Below are positions 51,574-63,149 of a stretch of DNA of 64,000 nt, piece after piece. Origin of the DNA: Acidobacteriota bacterium (GTDB lineage Bacteria; Acidobacteriota; UBA890; WLXD01). Numbering within the stretch: the stretch's first letter is position 1; each line of letters begins with the position of its first letter. Where the stretch lies: NCBI GenBank assembly GCA_965248695.1, contig CBDFKD010000002.1, positions 1,600,001 to 1,664,000 on the forward strand. Reading direction: 5' to 3'. The position numbers and the translations under genes were made by a program. Below the pieces are notes generated by a model that was given only the letters and a program-made list of their open reading frames with translations, did not search any database and was not told the origin of the DNA.

Positions 51574-54191
51574 CTAGCGTCTCCGCGGACCCTCCCCGGT
51601 CATCTCGATCTCGCGGTTCAGCACCTCGATGTCGACGCTGCCCGGCCGGTCTCCCAGCAGGTGCTCGCTGAAGTATTCCGCTCGCAGCCAGGCCCAGTAG
51701 TCGGCGGTCTCGCGATAACCATGGCGCTCGCCCGGGAAGACGAAGAAATCGAAGCGCTTGTTCGCCTTGATGAGCGCGTGAGCCATCCGGTAGGTCAGCG
51801 ACGGATGGACGTTGTTGTCGATATCCCCCGTCGTGAGCAGAAGCTTGCCCTTCAGGTTCTTGGCCAGCTGCGAGTTGGTCTCGATGTCGTACTCGAAGCT
51901 GACGTTGCCCTCATCGTCGGTGACCTCGGTCACGCCGTGGTGCTTCTCGCTCCACCAGCGATTGTAGATCTGGTTCTCGTGATTGCCTGAGGACGACACC
52001 GCACCTTGAAGAAGTCGGGATACACAAGCATCGCCGCGGTCGACATGAAGCCACCGCCCGAGTGCCCGAAAATTCCCACCCGGGCAATATCGACGTAGTC
52101 GTGTCGCAGTGCCAGCTGCTCGACGGCGGTCTTCTTGTCGGCCAGGCCATAGTCGCGTAGGTCACCGTAGCCGAAGTTGTGGTACCACTTCGAGCGCGCC
52201 GGATGGCCGCCGCGATTTCCCACCTCGATGACCACGAAGCCGAGCTGCGCCAGGTGGACATTCTGAGCTCGCGTGTTGAACGCCTTGGTCACCGCTTCCG
52301 TCTGTGGCCCTGGATACACGTAGGCGATGATCGGATAGCGGCGCTCTTCATCGAAGTCGAACGGCTTGTACAGGACGCCGTAGAGATCGGTGACGCCATC
52401 GTCCGCCTTCACCATGAACGGCTCGGGGAACTCGTAGCCGGCCTCCATCAGGAGCGACAGGTCGGCCTGCTCGAGCTCCATGACCGCCTCGCCGTCGCCG
52501 TCACGGAGCACCGACACGGGGACCGTATCGACGCGTGACGAGTTGTCGACAAAGTAGCTATTGCTCTCGCTGATGCCGGTCTGATGGTTGGCATCGCCAG
52601 AGTTGAGCAACGTCATGCCGGTGCCGTCGAGGCGCACCCGGTACAGGTGGGTGTAGTACGGATCCTCGCCGTCCTCGTGGGCGTTGGCGGTGAAGTAGAG
52701 CACCCGGTTGGTCTCGTCGATACCCTCGATGCGCCGGGTGGAGTACGGGCCTGAGGTGATCCGATTACGCAAGCTACCGTCGGCACCGTAGAGGTAGTAG
52801 TGCCCCCAGCCATCGCGCTCAGACCACCAGACGAGCTCGCCGGTGCCGAGCAGCTCGACTCGCTGAACCTCGACGTACGTATTGAGGCGCTCCTCGATCA
52901 GCACCCTGGTAGTGCCGGACGACAGGTCGACGACGCCAACGTCGTAGCGCTTGAGGTCACGGCTGATGCGGCCGAAGTACAGCTCGTCGGCGCTCTGCGA
53001 CAGCCACAGCGAGGGGATCGGCTCCTCGGCGTCGGGACGCGGGAACTGGCGAGCACGGAGAATGCTGACCGTCTGATCGGCGAAGCGCTCGGTATCGACC
53101 TTGTTGCCCTGCCGCGCGGCGACGTCGAACACCCAGATCTCGGTCTGGGTCACCGCCTCCTCACCAGGCATTTCGTAGCGGTAGGTCTCCAGCGTTGGCC
53201 GCGGCTCGGCCACAGCGTTGATGACCCAGAGCTCATCTACCTCGCGACGGTCGGCGCGCTCGAGCGCGAACTTGGACGAATCTCTTGACCAGATGATGCT
53301 GACAGGCTGGCGGCGACCCAGCTTCTTGGCGCGCTCCTTGTCGGTCATGCCACGCTCCCGCCGGGAGTAGGAGTAGTGCTCCTCGCCGTTCTGTGTCAGG
53401 CGGATTTCGTCGAGATCGGGGTCGATGTCTGATTCCTCGTCATCGGCGCTCTCGTCGTCCTCTTCCTCCGTCTCGCGGGCGTCCTCCTTGGCCTTCTCCT
53501 TCTCGAGATACTCGTCGTAGTTGGCCGCGTCCATCATGTAGAGATCGTAGGCGCGCCCGAACACCACCCATTCCTTGTCCGGTGAGATCGCGGCCCATTC
53601 GGGGTGATCGGCCGGAGCCTCGAAGTCCGTCAGCTCGCGTACCTGACCGGTGCCGAGGTCGTACTCGAAGTGGTGCACCTTCTTCTTCGGCTTGCCGGGC
53701 CGATCGCCGGAGTCCTCTTCCTGCTCGTCGCCCTCGGTCTCGGCGCGCTCCTCATCTTGCGAGCTCACGACATCGAACTGAATCGCGCTGTTGTCGCTCA
53801 CCCAGCGGATCTTCTCGATTGGCAAGTGCTTGGCGTCGTACGGGTCGCGGGTGAGCATGGTGAGCTGCGCCGCCATGTCGTCGTTGTCGAAGATCGGTGT
53901 CTTGCTGCGCCGCGTCGGATCGACCAGCCAGAAGCTCTTGCCGTCGGAGCTCTCCCAGGCGTACCAGAAGCGATCGCTGCCCTCGAGCCAATGCGGCTGC
54001 ACCCGGGTGTCGAAGATCATCCGGTCCATCTTGTCCTGGGTAAATCGAGCTGCCAGCTCGCGATTGGCGCCCGCCGGTCGCGCCTCGTCCTGAGCAGTGG
54101 ACGGAGCAACCACAACGAGCGCGGCAAGGATCGCGAGGTGCCCCGAACGGGTCAGCATTTGCCAATCGGACCGAACTGTCAGTTTCTTCAT
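51574..54191 (-). pseudogene. S9B/DPP-IV family peptidase with a 1-bp frameshift near 52002
   Basis: YPGP, GHSGGG, then PDFFKV shifts frame to VSSSGNHEN...GDIDNNV...ERHG; adding one G restores FKVAVSSSG. Confidence 0.8.
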
Positions 54192-54385
54192 GTCTCACAC
54201 CTCGTGTTGTTCACACCTCGACGCCGCGAATCGCGCCGACCGCGGCCGTCGGATAGATAACAAGTTGCAAGCCGGTTCGGCAAATGCCGAGCTGCACCGC
54301 TGATGGTGCAAAACGGAGAACCGACCGTCCCGCCGGGGACGCGTGTGCGAAGCCACGGCGCTATTCCACAGGGATTTCCACACGT

Positions 54386-55381
54386 TCAGTGGGAATCCGG
54401 TTCACCGGTCAGTCGGGCGATGAGCTGGCGCGACGCCCGGCGTGGGGTGACCTCGCCATCGAGCAGCAACTGCTCGATGCTGGCGGCCGCGCCAGAGGAT
54501 TCCGCCTGGGACCGGAAGTCGCGTATCAGAGCCTCCTCGATGAGGCCCCACATCCAGTGGATCCGCTGCCCGCGCCGACGCTCCTCGAGCTCGCCGCTGC
54601 CCACGAGCGTGGCGCGATGCTCCTCGACCAGAGCCCAGATCTCGGGCATCCCGGCGCCGGTGGCAGCGCTGGTCATGACGGCGCGTCGGCGCCAGTCGGT
54701 GGCCTCGGCGCGTGGATAGCGGAGCGCGGCGCTGTATTCGGCCACCGCCTCGCGCGCCTCGCTGAGGTTGTCACCGTCGGCCTTGTTAACCGCCACGATG
54801 TCGGCCAGCTCGAGGATCCCCTTCTTGATCCCCTGGAGCTCGGTGCCTGCTCCGGGAAGCATGAGAACGACGAAACAGTCGACCATGTCGGCGACCGCCG
54901 TTTCGGATTGGCCGACGCCGACCGTCTCCACCATGACCACGTCGAAGCCGGCGGCATCGCACAGCAGCATTGCCTCACGTGTCCGCGATGCCACGCCGCC
55001 GAGGGTCTGCGCCGACGGCGTCGGTCGTACGTAGGCGTCGTCGAGCTTCGACAGGCGGGCCATCTGGGTCTTGTCGCCCATGATGCTGCCTCCGGAGATC
55101 GTCGACGAAGGGTCGATCGCCAGCACCGCGACGCGGTGGTCGCGCTCGATCAGCCAACAGCCGAGGGCATCGATCAGCGTGCTCTTGCCGACCCCCGGCA
55201 CGCCGCTGATGCCGACGCGCCAGGCAGCACCGGTGTCGGGCGCCAGCTCCTCGAGAAGCGCCTCGGCCAGCTGTTGATCATCAGCACGGGCGCTCTCGAT
55301 CAGGGTGATACCGCGCGCCAGTGACGTTTGGTCGCCGGCGCGAATCTTCGCCGCCAACTCCGTGGCCGGCACGCGCGACAC
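54386..55381 (-). CDS. meaB: Methylmalonyl-CoA mutase-associated GTPase
   Basis: G.PGVGKST, AIDPSS..GGSI.GDKT.M, ETVGVGQSE, ELQGIKKG, NKAD. Confidence 0.95.
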   Translation of the reverse strand: MSRVPATELAAKIRAGDQTSLARGITLIESARADDQQLAEALLEELAPDTGAAWRVGISGVPGVGKSTLIDALGCWLIERDHRVAVLAIDPSSTISGGSIMGDKTQMARLSKLDDAYVRPTPSAQTLGGVASRTREAMLLCDAAGFDVVMVETVGVGQSETAVADMVDCFVVLMLPGAGTELQGIKKGILELADIVAVNKADGDNLSEAREAVAEYSAALRYPRAEATDWRRRAVMTSAATGAGMPEIWALVEEHRATLVGSGELEERRRGQRIHWMWGLIEEALIRDFRSQAESSGAAASIEQLLLDGEVTPRRASRQLIARLTGEPDSH

Positions 55382-57451
55382 TCAGTCAGACTCGGCGCCG
55401 CCGTCGGCGGCAGCCTGAAGTCGGTCAAGCAACTGCATGGCGGCCTCGGTGACGGCGGTGCCGGGACCGAAGATGGCCACCGCCCCGGCCTCCATGACGG
55501 CGGTATGGTCCTGCGGCGGCACGACACCGCCGACAACCACCAGAATGTCGGGCCGGCCGAGGTCCGCCAGCTCGCTGCGTAGCTCCGGCACCAGCGTCAG
55601 GTGACCGGCCGCCAGTGAGCTCACGCCGACGACATGGACGTCGTTCTCGGCCGCCTGGCGCGCCACTTCATCCGGCGTCTGGAACAACGGGCCGATATCG
55701 ATGTCGAAGCCCAGGTCCGACAACGCCGTGGCGATCACCTTTTGACCACGGTCATGACCGTCCTGCCCGAGCTTGGCGACCAGCACTCGAGGTCTGCGAC
55801 CGTGGCGGCTGGAGAACTCCTCGGCACGCGCGCGCACTGCCAGTACGTCCTCGGAGGACTCGCCCATGGCGCCACTGTATACGCCAGAGAACGAGCGCAC
55901 GGTGGCCTGGTGGCGGGTGAATACCTTCTCCAGCGCCGCTGCCATCTCGCCGACAGTGGCCCGCGCCCGCGCCGCATCGATCGTAGCCGCCAGCAGGTTC
56001 CCGTTCTCCGTCTCTGCCACCCGCGTCAGCCTCTCGAGGGCTCCCGCGCACGCGTCGGAGTCGCGTTCGGCGCGTAGCGCATGGAGCCGCTCCAGCTGCG
56101 CTCGCACGACCTCCCGGTTGTCGATCGCTCGTACCTCGATGGCACTCTCCGCGTCGGTGGCGTGCGCGTTGACGCCGACGATCTTCTGCTGCCCGGAGTC
56201 GATGCGTGCCTGCGTACGGGCGGCAGATTCCTCGATGCGCAGCTTTGGCAGCCCCGCCTCGATTGCGCGCGTCATGCCGCCGAGCTCCTCGACCTCCTCG
56301 ATGTGCTGCATCGCCTGCGCGGCAAGCTCCTGAGTCAGGCTCTCCATGAAGTAGCTGCCGCCCCAGGGATCGACAACGTCGCAGATCCCGGTCTCCAGCT
56401 GCAGCACGAGCTGGGTGTTGCGCGCCACCCGGGCCGACAGGTCGGTGGGCAGTCCGAGCGCCTCGTCGAACGCGTTCGTGTGCAGCGACTGGGTACCACC
56501 ATGCACGGCCGCCATCGCTTCGATCGCCGTGCGCACGATGTTGTTGTAAGGATCCTGGGCGGTCAGCGACCAGCCCGAGGTCTGGCAGTGCGTGCGCAGG
56601 CGCGAAGAGCGTGGATCCTGAGGCTCGAACTGCTCCATGAGTCGATGCCACAACAGGCGCGCGGCGCGCAGCTTGGCAACCTCGGTGTGGTAGCTCATAC
56701 CGATGCCGAAGAAGAACGAGATGCGAGGGGCGAACGCGTCGACGTCGAGCCCGGCAGCGATCCCGGTGCGGACGTACTCGACCCCGTCGGCCAAGGTGTA
56801 GGCAAGCTCGATGTCGGCCGTCGCCCCGGCCTCCTGCATGTGATAGCCGGACACCGAGATGCTGTTGAAGCGCGGCATGTGCTCCGACGTGTGACGAAAG
56901 ATGTCGGCGACGATTCGCATCGACGCTGCCGGCGGGTAGATGTAGGTATTGCGGACCATGAACTCCTTGAGCACGTCGTTCTGGATCGTCCCGGTGAGCT
57001 GGTCCTGTGCGACACCCTGCTCTTCCCCGGCGACGATATAGAGCGCCAGCACCGGTAGGACGGCACCGTTCATCGTCATCGAGACGCTCATCTCGTCGAG
57101 CGGTATGCCCTCGAAGAGGATGCGCGCGTCGAGAATCGAATCGATCGCCACGCCGGCCATGCCAACGTCGCCAGCCACCCGCGGATGGTCGGAGTCGTAG
57201 CCGCGATGCGTCGCCAGGTCGAAGGCAATCGACAGGCCTTTCTGACCAGCGGCGAGATTGCGTCGGTAAAAAGCGTTCGATTCTTCCGCGGTCGAAAACC
57301 CGGCGTATTGGCGAATCGTCCACGGGCGCTCGCGATACATCGACGCGTAGGGTGCGCGCACATAAGGCGGCTCGCCGGCCGAGCTACCGAGATGCTCGAC
57401 GGCCTCGAGGTCGTCGGCCGTATAGATCGACTTCGACTCGCTCTTGGACAT
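55382..57451 (-). CDS. scpA: Methylmalonyl-CoA mutase (B12-dependent, catalytic subunit)
   Basis: [37 protein letters not shown]12-binding DGHDRG; GGAG RBS before ATG 57451. Confidence 0.95.
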   Translation of the reverse strand: MSKSESKSIYTADDLEAVEHLGSSAGEPPYVRAPYASMYRERPWTIRQYAGFSTAEESNAFYRRNLAAGQKGLSIAFDLATHRGYDSDHPRVAGDVGMAGVAIDSILDARILFEGIPLDEMSVSMTMNGAVLPVLALYIVAGEEQGVAQDQLTGTIQNDVLKEFMVRNTYIYPPAASMRIVADIFRHTSEHMPRFNSISVSGYHMQEAGATADIELAYTLADGVEYVRTGIAAGLDVDAFAPRISFFFGIGMSYHTEVAKLRAARLLWHRLMEQFEPQDPRSSRLRTHCQTSGWSLTAQDPYNNIVRTAIEAMAAVHGGTQSLHTNAFDEALGLPTDLSARVARNTQLVLQLETGICDVVDPWGGSYFMESLTQELAAQAMQHIEEVEELGGMTRAIEAGLPKLRIEESAARTQARIDSGQQKIVGVNAHATDAESAIEVRAIDNREVVRAQLERLHALRAERDSDACAGALERLTRVAETENGNLLAATIDAARARATVGEMAAALEKVFTRHQATVRSFSGVYSGAMGESSEDVLAVRARAEEFSSRHGRRPRVLVAKLGQDGHDRGQKVIATALSDLGFDIDIGPLFQTPDEVARQAAENDVHVVGVSSLAAGHLTLVPELRSELADLGRPDILVVVGGVVPPQDHTAVMEAGAVAIFGPGTAVTEAAMQLLDRLQAAADGGAESD

Positions 57452-57756
57452 GGCGCTCCTGCCTCCAACAACCTGCCGCGTTGCCCACGATTCTGTCACT
57501 TTCGAGCCCATGACAGCGTCCGCGCGGGCGATCAGCTGCCGCCCCGTCGCGCCACGCGCGTGGATCCCGTTCGGGCACTGCAAGCCGACTGACATGACAA
57601 CCACGATGCTTGCGAGCACGCAGAGGTCGATCACCCACCGCTGACAGGCTCTCGGACTCCGCCGCTCGTGCCGAGTCGTCCAACGCGGCGTTCCGCTCGC
57701 GGAATCGCGAGTTCTCGCCATACCGACCAGCGGAAGCGTCGGATACTGTCTCAAGA

Positions 57757-58443
57757 ATGCAGCCTACCCGCACCGACCGGCCGAGCGACTCGCAGGAGCC
57801 AGGCCTCACGAAAGTCGACATCTGGCTGGTGGAGGACAACGACCTCTATCGCAGCACGATTGCCGCACTGATCGAGTCCGAGCCGGACCTCCGGTGTCCG
57901 ATTGCAGCGCCCAACTTCGAGGAAGCGCTCGCGGCACTCGAGCAAGGAAAGGTGCCCGACATCATCCTGATGGATATCGAGCTGCCTGGCATCAACGGCA
58001 TCGAAGGTGCGCGCCGGGTCAAGGCGATCTCCCCTACATCGCGCGTCATCATGCTGACCGTTCATGAGGAGCGCGAGAACATCTTCGAGGCGATCTGCGC
58101 CGGCGCTTCCGGCTATCTGTTGAAGCCCTCGCCCGCCGACGAGATCGTCGCGGCAATTCGACAAGTCGGCGCCGGAGCCGCCCCGATCAACGCCTACATC
58201 GCCAGCAAGATGCTCGACATCTTCGCGCAGCTTGCCCCGGCGCGCGGCGACTACGGATTGACGCCACGAGAGACTGAAGTACTGCAGCGGATGGTCGACG
58301 GTTTGACGATGCAGCGTATCGCCGACAAGCTGGTAGTCAGCTACCACACCGTCGATACGCACATCCGCAATATCTACGACAAGCTCCATGTGCACTCGCG
58401 CAGCGGGGCCGTCGCCAAGGCACTAAAGGAACGGCTCGTATAG
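57757..58443 (+). CDS. NarL/FixJ family response regulator
   Basis: VEDN, MDI.LPG.NG, GA.GY.LK, LT.RE.EVL...TV.TH.RNIY.KL LuxR HTH. Confidence 0.92.
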   Translation: MQPTRTDRPSDSQEPGLTKVDIWLVEDNDLYRSTIAALIESEPDLRCPIAAPNFEEALAALEQGKVPDIILMDIELPGINGIEGARRVKAISPTSRVIMLTVHEERENIFEAICAGASGYLLKPSPADEIVAAIRQVGAGAAPINAYIASKMLDIFAQLAPARGDYGLTPRETEVLQRMVDGLTMQRIADKLVVSYHTVDTHIRNIYDKLHVHSRSGAVAKALKERLV

Positions 58444-58484
58444 GCCCGTGGGCAGAAAAACGGGCTTCTGATAGGCTGCCCGAA

Positions 58485-61400
58485 ATGCCAGCGTCAACAC
58501 TCGGTACGAGGTCCTTCGTCGCCGCCCCGATGGCCGCAATCTGCGGCATCTTGGCCTCGGCGCTGACCTCCGGAGGCGCGTTCGCTCAGGTCCGCTCGGC
58601 CGAGCCGCGTTTCGTGCGCGTCGACTCGGAAAGACTGTCGCACAGCACCGTCGTGTCGATCTTGCAGGATCGGACCGGCTATCTGTGGTTGGGCACAACG
58701 GACGGCCTTAACCGTTACGACGGCTACGAGTTCAAGGTGTTCCGCCATGACCCGGACGACTCGACAACGCTGACCCACAACGACGTCGTGGCGTTGATGG
58801 AGGATCGTCAAGGATCGATCTGGATCGGCACGGAGGACGGGCTGAACCGGCTCGAACCCGGGGCCAACGGCTTCGTACGTTACTGGCTGCGGCCGAGTGA
58901 TGCGCCGGAGCAAACACCGGTCACCGCGATCCGGCTGCTCGAGGACCGCCACGGCGACATCTGGGTGCTCAGTGAGCCACGCGGCCTGCTGCGCTACGAC
59001 CGTTCCATAGACAGCTTCCAGCCGGTGTTCGAGCACCCGTCGACGCTATTGACGCGAGGCTGGAAAGCCGCGCTCGTTGAGCGCGACGATGGACAGCTCG
59101 CAGTTCTCATCGCGCCCGATGCAAATAGGGCCGCGGCACTCTTCGTGTTCGACTCGAGCACCGGCACGTATGACGTGCAGCGACCGCCGCCCGATCGGCC
59201 ATCGGCACTGTATTCGAGTCTGCGTTCCCGCGCCGTCCACCCGGCGGCGGCGCTCATCGGCGACGGCGAGGCGCTGCTCGGCTCGGTGCTTCCCGGGAAC
59301 CTCGGGAGGGCGTCGGTAGTATTCCGCGACGCCGAGGACACGCTGTGGATCGGTACCGCCGGCGACGGACTGCTGCACTACGACGACGCCAGTGGCTCGG
59401 TGTCGCGGACACGCTTCGAGCCGTCATCCAACTATCTACGCAACTACGTGCGCGGGCTACACCGCGACCGCGACGGGGCGCTGTGGGTGGGCACGCACGA
59501 CGGGTTGTACCGCGCCGACCCGGCTGCCAAGGCGTTCTCGCGACTCGTCCACGATCCGTCGGATTCAAACAGCATCAGCGCGTCAGCGGTATCGGCGCTC
59601 GCGCTCACTGGGCCGGCCGAACAGGCCTCGGTATGGATCGGCACGTACGGCACCGGTCTCAACCGGCTAGACGTCGGCAGCGGGATGATCGAGCGCCTGT
59701 CGCGGCTGTCGCGGCTAGTCGCGCCCACCGACGGCGTCATCTGGGCGTTGCACGGCACGCCGGAGGGTCGGCTCTGGATCGTCACCGCGGACGGCTTGTT
59801 CCTCTACCGGCCTGCCGACGACACGCTCCAAGCGCATGGTCTACCGGACTTCCCTGACATCGAGTCCCCGGAGCTCAACAGCGTTGTCGTAGACGACAAC
59901 AACGTCGTCTGGGTAGCAGCCAGCGGAGGCTTGTACGGCTACCTGCCGAATCGTCGTGAGGCTCGGCCCTACTTGCCGGCCACCGATGGCTCTGGTCCCA
60001 GCGGCGCCGGCGTGCTGGAAGCGCTGCTGGCGGAGCCCGGTGCGCTGTGGATGGGCGTTGACGGCGATCGGTTGGATCGCTTCGATCTGGCAAGCGGTCG
60101 TTTCACCTCGCGCGCGTTGATGACCCGCTCCGGAGCATCGCTGAGCAGCAAGGGGGTCTGGGATCTGCACCGTGACCTCCGCGGCTGGCTGTGGCTCGCA
60201 ACCGGAGCAGGGCTCCTGCGCTACGACCCCGACAGTCAGGCGTTCGATCACTACTCGGTGGCCGACGGCCTACCGGGTGCGGTCGCCTACAGCATCGCCG
60301 ACGGCGTCGCTGGCGATCTTTGGGTCGGAACGAACCTCGGGCTGGCGCGTATCGAGATAGTGGATTCGATGCCAGGGCTCCGGCCGTCGGTCCGTGTGCA
60401 CGCCTATGGGGCCGCGGACGGGGTAGCGGGCAACGAGCTCAACCGAGGCTCGGCGTTGCGACTCGCGGACGGAACGCTGCTATTCGGCGGCATGGAGGGA
60501 ATCACCCGTTTCCATCCTGGAGCCATCGATAACAACCCCAACATTCCACCGCTGGTGCTGACCCGTATCGAGCGATCCAACCGCGAAGGCTCGTTCGAGA
60601 TCGAACCCCGCGGTTTGGCGGCGCTCGAGCTCAGCTATCGCGACGCCTCGTTTACTCTCGAGTTCGCGGCGCTCAACTTCACGCTGCCGGAGCGCAATCT
60701 CTACCGCTACCGGCTCGAGCCTTTCGACTCCAGCTGGGTCGAGAGCGGCACCCGCCGGTTCGCCCGCTACACCAACGTGCTGCCCGGCGACTACAACTTT
60801 CGCCTGCAGGGATCGAACAACGACGGAGTGTGGAACGAGGTCGGGCTATCGCTGCCGATTCGGGTAAGTCCGCCGTTTTGGCAGACGCTCTGGTTCCGGG
60901 CTCTCGCGTTGGCAGCGATCGTGTCTGTGATCTGGGGCGCGCACCGTTACCGGGTGGCGCAGCTGCTGGGCGTGGAGCGGCTGCGACTGCGCATCGCCTC
61001 CGATCTACACGACGACATTAGCAGCGATATCAGCGGCATCGCGCTCACAGCCGAGTTGCTGCAGCGCGGCGACCACTTACAGGACCAGGACCGCGTCCGG
61101 CTCGGGCAAATGCGCAGCACTGCTATTCGCATGGTGGACGCCGTCAGGGATATCGTTTGGTACATCAACCCCGAGCACGACACTTTGACGGCGACCGTCA
61201 GGCGCATGCGCGCCGTCGCCGAGACGCTGCTTGACGATACGGACTACGAGTTCCGGGCCAGCTGCGTTGACGAGGTCGGCATCGACATGGGTGTGCGGCG
61301 TCAGATTTTCCTCTTCTACAAAGAAGCGCTCCACAACGTCGTGCGCCACGCGAACGCCCATCGCGTCGACCTTCGCTTCGAACGGGAGGGAGACCGCCTG

Positions 61401-61571
61401 ACGCTTCAGATCCGTGACGACGGCGTCGGCTTCCAACCGGAAGGAGTCGCCCAAGGCCAAGGCCACGGGCTCGGCAGCCTCGGCGAACGCGCCGCCCAGA
61501 TGGGTGGTTTGGCGCGAATCGACTCCGCCCCCGGTGCCGGCACAACGGTCGTTCTCGAGGTGCCGATCTAG
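58485..61571 (+). CDS. Sensor histidine kinase with Reg_prop beta-propellers, Y_Y_Y domain and HisKA_3
   Basis: Repeated D..G.LW.GT..GL blades; Y.Y.L..FD..W, YTN..PG.Y.F; RIASDLHDD; E.L.N...HA; DDGVGF. Confidence 0.92.
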   Translation: MPASTLGTRSFVAAPMAAICGILASALTSGGAFAQVRSAEPRFVRVDSERLSHSTVVSILQDRTGYLWLGTTDGLNRYDGYEFKVFRHDPDDSTTLTHNDVVALMEDRQGSIWIGTEDGLNRLEPGANGFVRYWLRPSDAPEQTPVTAIRLLEDRHGDIWVLSEPRGLLRYDRSIDSFQPVFEHPSTLLTRGWKAALVERDDGQLAVLIAPDANRAAALFVFDSSTGTYDVQRPPPDRPSALYSSLRSRAVHPAAALIGDGEALLGSVLPGNLGRASVVFRDAEDTLWIGTAGDGLLHYDDASGSVSRTRFEPSSNYLRNYVRGLHRDRDGALWVGTHDGLYRADPAAKAFSRLVHDPSDSNSISASAVSALALTGPAEQASVWIGTYGTGLNRLDVGSGMIERLSRLSRLVAPTDGVIWALHGTPEGRLWIVTADGLFLYRPADDTLQAHGLPDFPDIESPELNSVVVDDNNVVWVAASGGLYGYLPNRREARPYLPATDGSGPSGAGVLEALLAEPGALWMGVDGDRLDRFDLASGRFTSRALMTRSGASLSSKGVWDLHRDLRGWLWLATGAGLLRYDPDSQAFDHYSVADGLPGAVAYSIADGVAGDLWVGTNLGLARIEIVDSMPGLRPSVRVHAYGAADGVAGNELNRGSALRLADGTLLFGGMEGITRFHPGAIDNNPNIPPLVLTRIERSNREGSFEIEPRGLAALELSYRDASFTLEFAALNFTLPERNLYRYRLEPFDSSWVESGTRRFARYTNVLPGDYNFRLQGSNNDGVWNEVGLSLPIRVSPPFWQTLWFRALALAAIVSVIWGAHRYRVAQLLGVERLRLRIASDLHDDISSDISGIALTAELLQRGDHLQDQDRVRLGQMRSTAIRMVDAVRDIVWYINPEHDTLTATVRRMRAVAETLLDDTDYEFRASCVDEVGIDMGVRRQIFLFYKEALHNVVRHANAHRVDLRFEREGDRLTLQIRDDGVGFQPEGVAQGQGHGLGSLGERAAQMGGLARIDSAPGAGTTVVLEVPI

Positions 61572-61597
61572 CAGGCCGTGGTGGAAGTGTGGGCTAG
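61568..61597. mobile_element. MITE remnant (terminal repeat only) at the kinase stop codon
   Basis: CTAG-caggccgtggtggaagtgtggg-CTAG. Confidence 0.65.
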
Positions 61598-61617
61598 CGG
61601 CGGGAGATCAGCTCGAG

Positions 61618-63090
61618 TCAGGCATCTTGGGCAAAGAACAGCTCTGCTACGTCGTCTGGTGGGGGCGGCGTGAGCCGACTGACGGCAACCATGAGCGCAA
61701 GCGACGCCATCGGGCCGATCAGCGCCGGCCACAGCCCTCCGATCCAGTTGTTGAACGACCCGTGCACCGCGTAACCGGCGAGGTACCAGAGCACACAGAC
61801 GATCGAGCCACCGATCATGCCCGCCAGCGCCCCCTCGCGCGTGGCGCGTGGCCAACAGAGCCCGAGCAGCAACGGGAAGGTGAACGCCGATGCCATCAGA
61901 CTAAAGCCCATGGTAACGATCCAGAGAATCGCCGCCGGTGGATCGATCGCCATCAGCAAGGCGACGACGCCGAGGGCAAGGGTTGCGATGCGCGCCACCT
62001 TGAGCCCTTGCGCCGGATCGACTTCGCGCCGCGAGAGAGGAATGTAGACGTTCTCGACGACTAGCGATCCGGCCAGCAGCAACACCGAGTCGATGGTCGA
62101 CATGGTGGCGCCGAGCACCGCAGCGACGATGACCCCGCCGACGATCGGCGGCAGCAGGTTCGACACTAGCAGCGGCAGCGCCAGATCCGGCTGCTCCAGC
62201 GTCGGCAGCAGCACGCCCGAGGCGATGGCGATGAGCGTGGCGTTGACGTAGATGAAGCACGAGAACGTCACCGAATAGATCATCGCGCGTCGCAGGGCGC
62301 GCTTGTCCTCTAGAATCAGGAACCGCGTCACCGCGGCGGGGGCACCGCCGATCTGGAAGAAGCCCCACACCAGAAACGACGACACGACCCACAACGCCGG
62401 CATGGCACCCAGAAACGAGATCGCCTCCGGGTTGATCTCGCCGTACTGCCGATGCATCTCGGAGAATCCGCCCGAGGCGCTCACTGCCATCGGCGATAGG
62501 ATGGCGAAGCCGACGACCATGATCAAACCCTGGATCAAGTCAGTCCATGCCACCGCCTGCATGCCACCGACCACCGTGTAGAGAACCACGATGCCGCCGA
62601 AGATGAAGAGGCCGGCGAGATAGGGCATCCCGAGAAACACCTCGAAGACGTTGCCCGCCGCCTTCAGCTGGGCCGCGACAATCGGTACGAACGCCACCAG
62701 CATGATGCCCGTCGCCGTCAGTCCAACCGCTTTGCCGTAGTAGCGCGCCTCGAACACGTCGATGATCGTCGTGCACTTGATGCGGCTAGCGATGCGCTGC
62801 AGGCGATCACCGACCAACACGTAAGTGAACCATGGAGCGGCAGCCGAAGTCACCCCGGCGGGCGAAAAGTTGTAGCCCAGCAAGCGCTCCGACCCGATAC
62901 CTCCCATGTAAGAGCTGCCGCTCATCTGGGTGGCCGAGTACGAGAATCCGACGGTGCCGGGCCCGAGCTTGCCGCGTGCCAGAAAATAGTCGCCGCGCGA
63001 CTGCGTTCGACGATTCGACCAGATGCCGAGGCCCATCAAGCCGGCGAAGTACACGATCAGGATCAGTGTGTACTGGGCGGTGATGGTCAT
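61618..63090 (-). CDS. Sodium:solute symporter (PutP/PanF family)
   Basis: YFLA...LG, AT.MSG..Y.G, YT..GGM.AV.WTD..QG, A.MST.DS; about 13 TM segments. Confidence 0.92.
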   Translation of the reverse strand: MTITAQYTLILIVYFAGLMGLGIWSNRRTQSRGDYFLARGKLGPGTVGFSYSATQMSGSSYMGGIGSERLLGYNFSPAGVTSAAAPWFTYVLVGDRLQRIASRIKCTTIIDVFEARYYGKAVGLTATGIMLVAFVPIVAAQLKAAGNVFEVFLGMPYLAGLFIFGGIVVLYTVVGGMQAVAWTDLIQGLIMVVGFAILSPMAVSASGGFSEMHRQYGEINPEAISFLGAMPALWVVSSFLVWGFFQIGGAPAAVTRFLILEDKRALRRAMIYSVTFSCFIYVNATLIAIASGVLLPTLEQPDLALPLLVSNLLPPIVGGVIVAAVLGATMSTIDSVLLLAGSLVVENVYIPLSRREVDPAQGLKVARIATLALGVVALLMAIDPPAAILWIVTMGFSLMASAFTFPLLLGLCWPRATREGALAGMIGGSIVCVLWYLAGYAVHGSFNNWIGGLWPALIGPMASLALMVAVSRLTPPPPDDVAELFFAQDA

Positions 63091-63149
63091 TAGCAGGCCG
63101 CAGTGGATGTGTGGTGGGTCTGGCTACGGCGAGTTGGGGCCACTGTTAG
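63090..63149. mobile_element. Truncated MITE copy flanked by a TTAG duplication inside an operon
   Basis: TTAG-caggccgcagtggatgtgtggtgggtctggctacggcgagttggggccactg-TTAG; matches the right end of the 41348 element. Confidence 0.75.

Noticed and set aside
57452-57756. Cobalamin riboswitch upstream of methylmalonyl-CoA mutase
   Set aside because: I could not find the conserved GGGAA, CCCGC.ACTGT and B12-box elements; only a weak partial resemblance.
58444-58470. Hairpin GCCCGT...ACGGGC between the response regulator and the sensor kinase
   Set aside because: Short stem, large loop and weak U tract inside an apparent operon; not enough to call a terminator.
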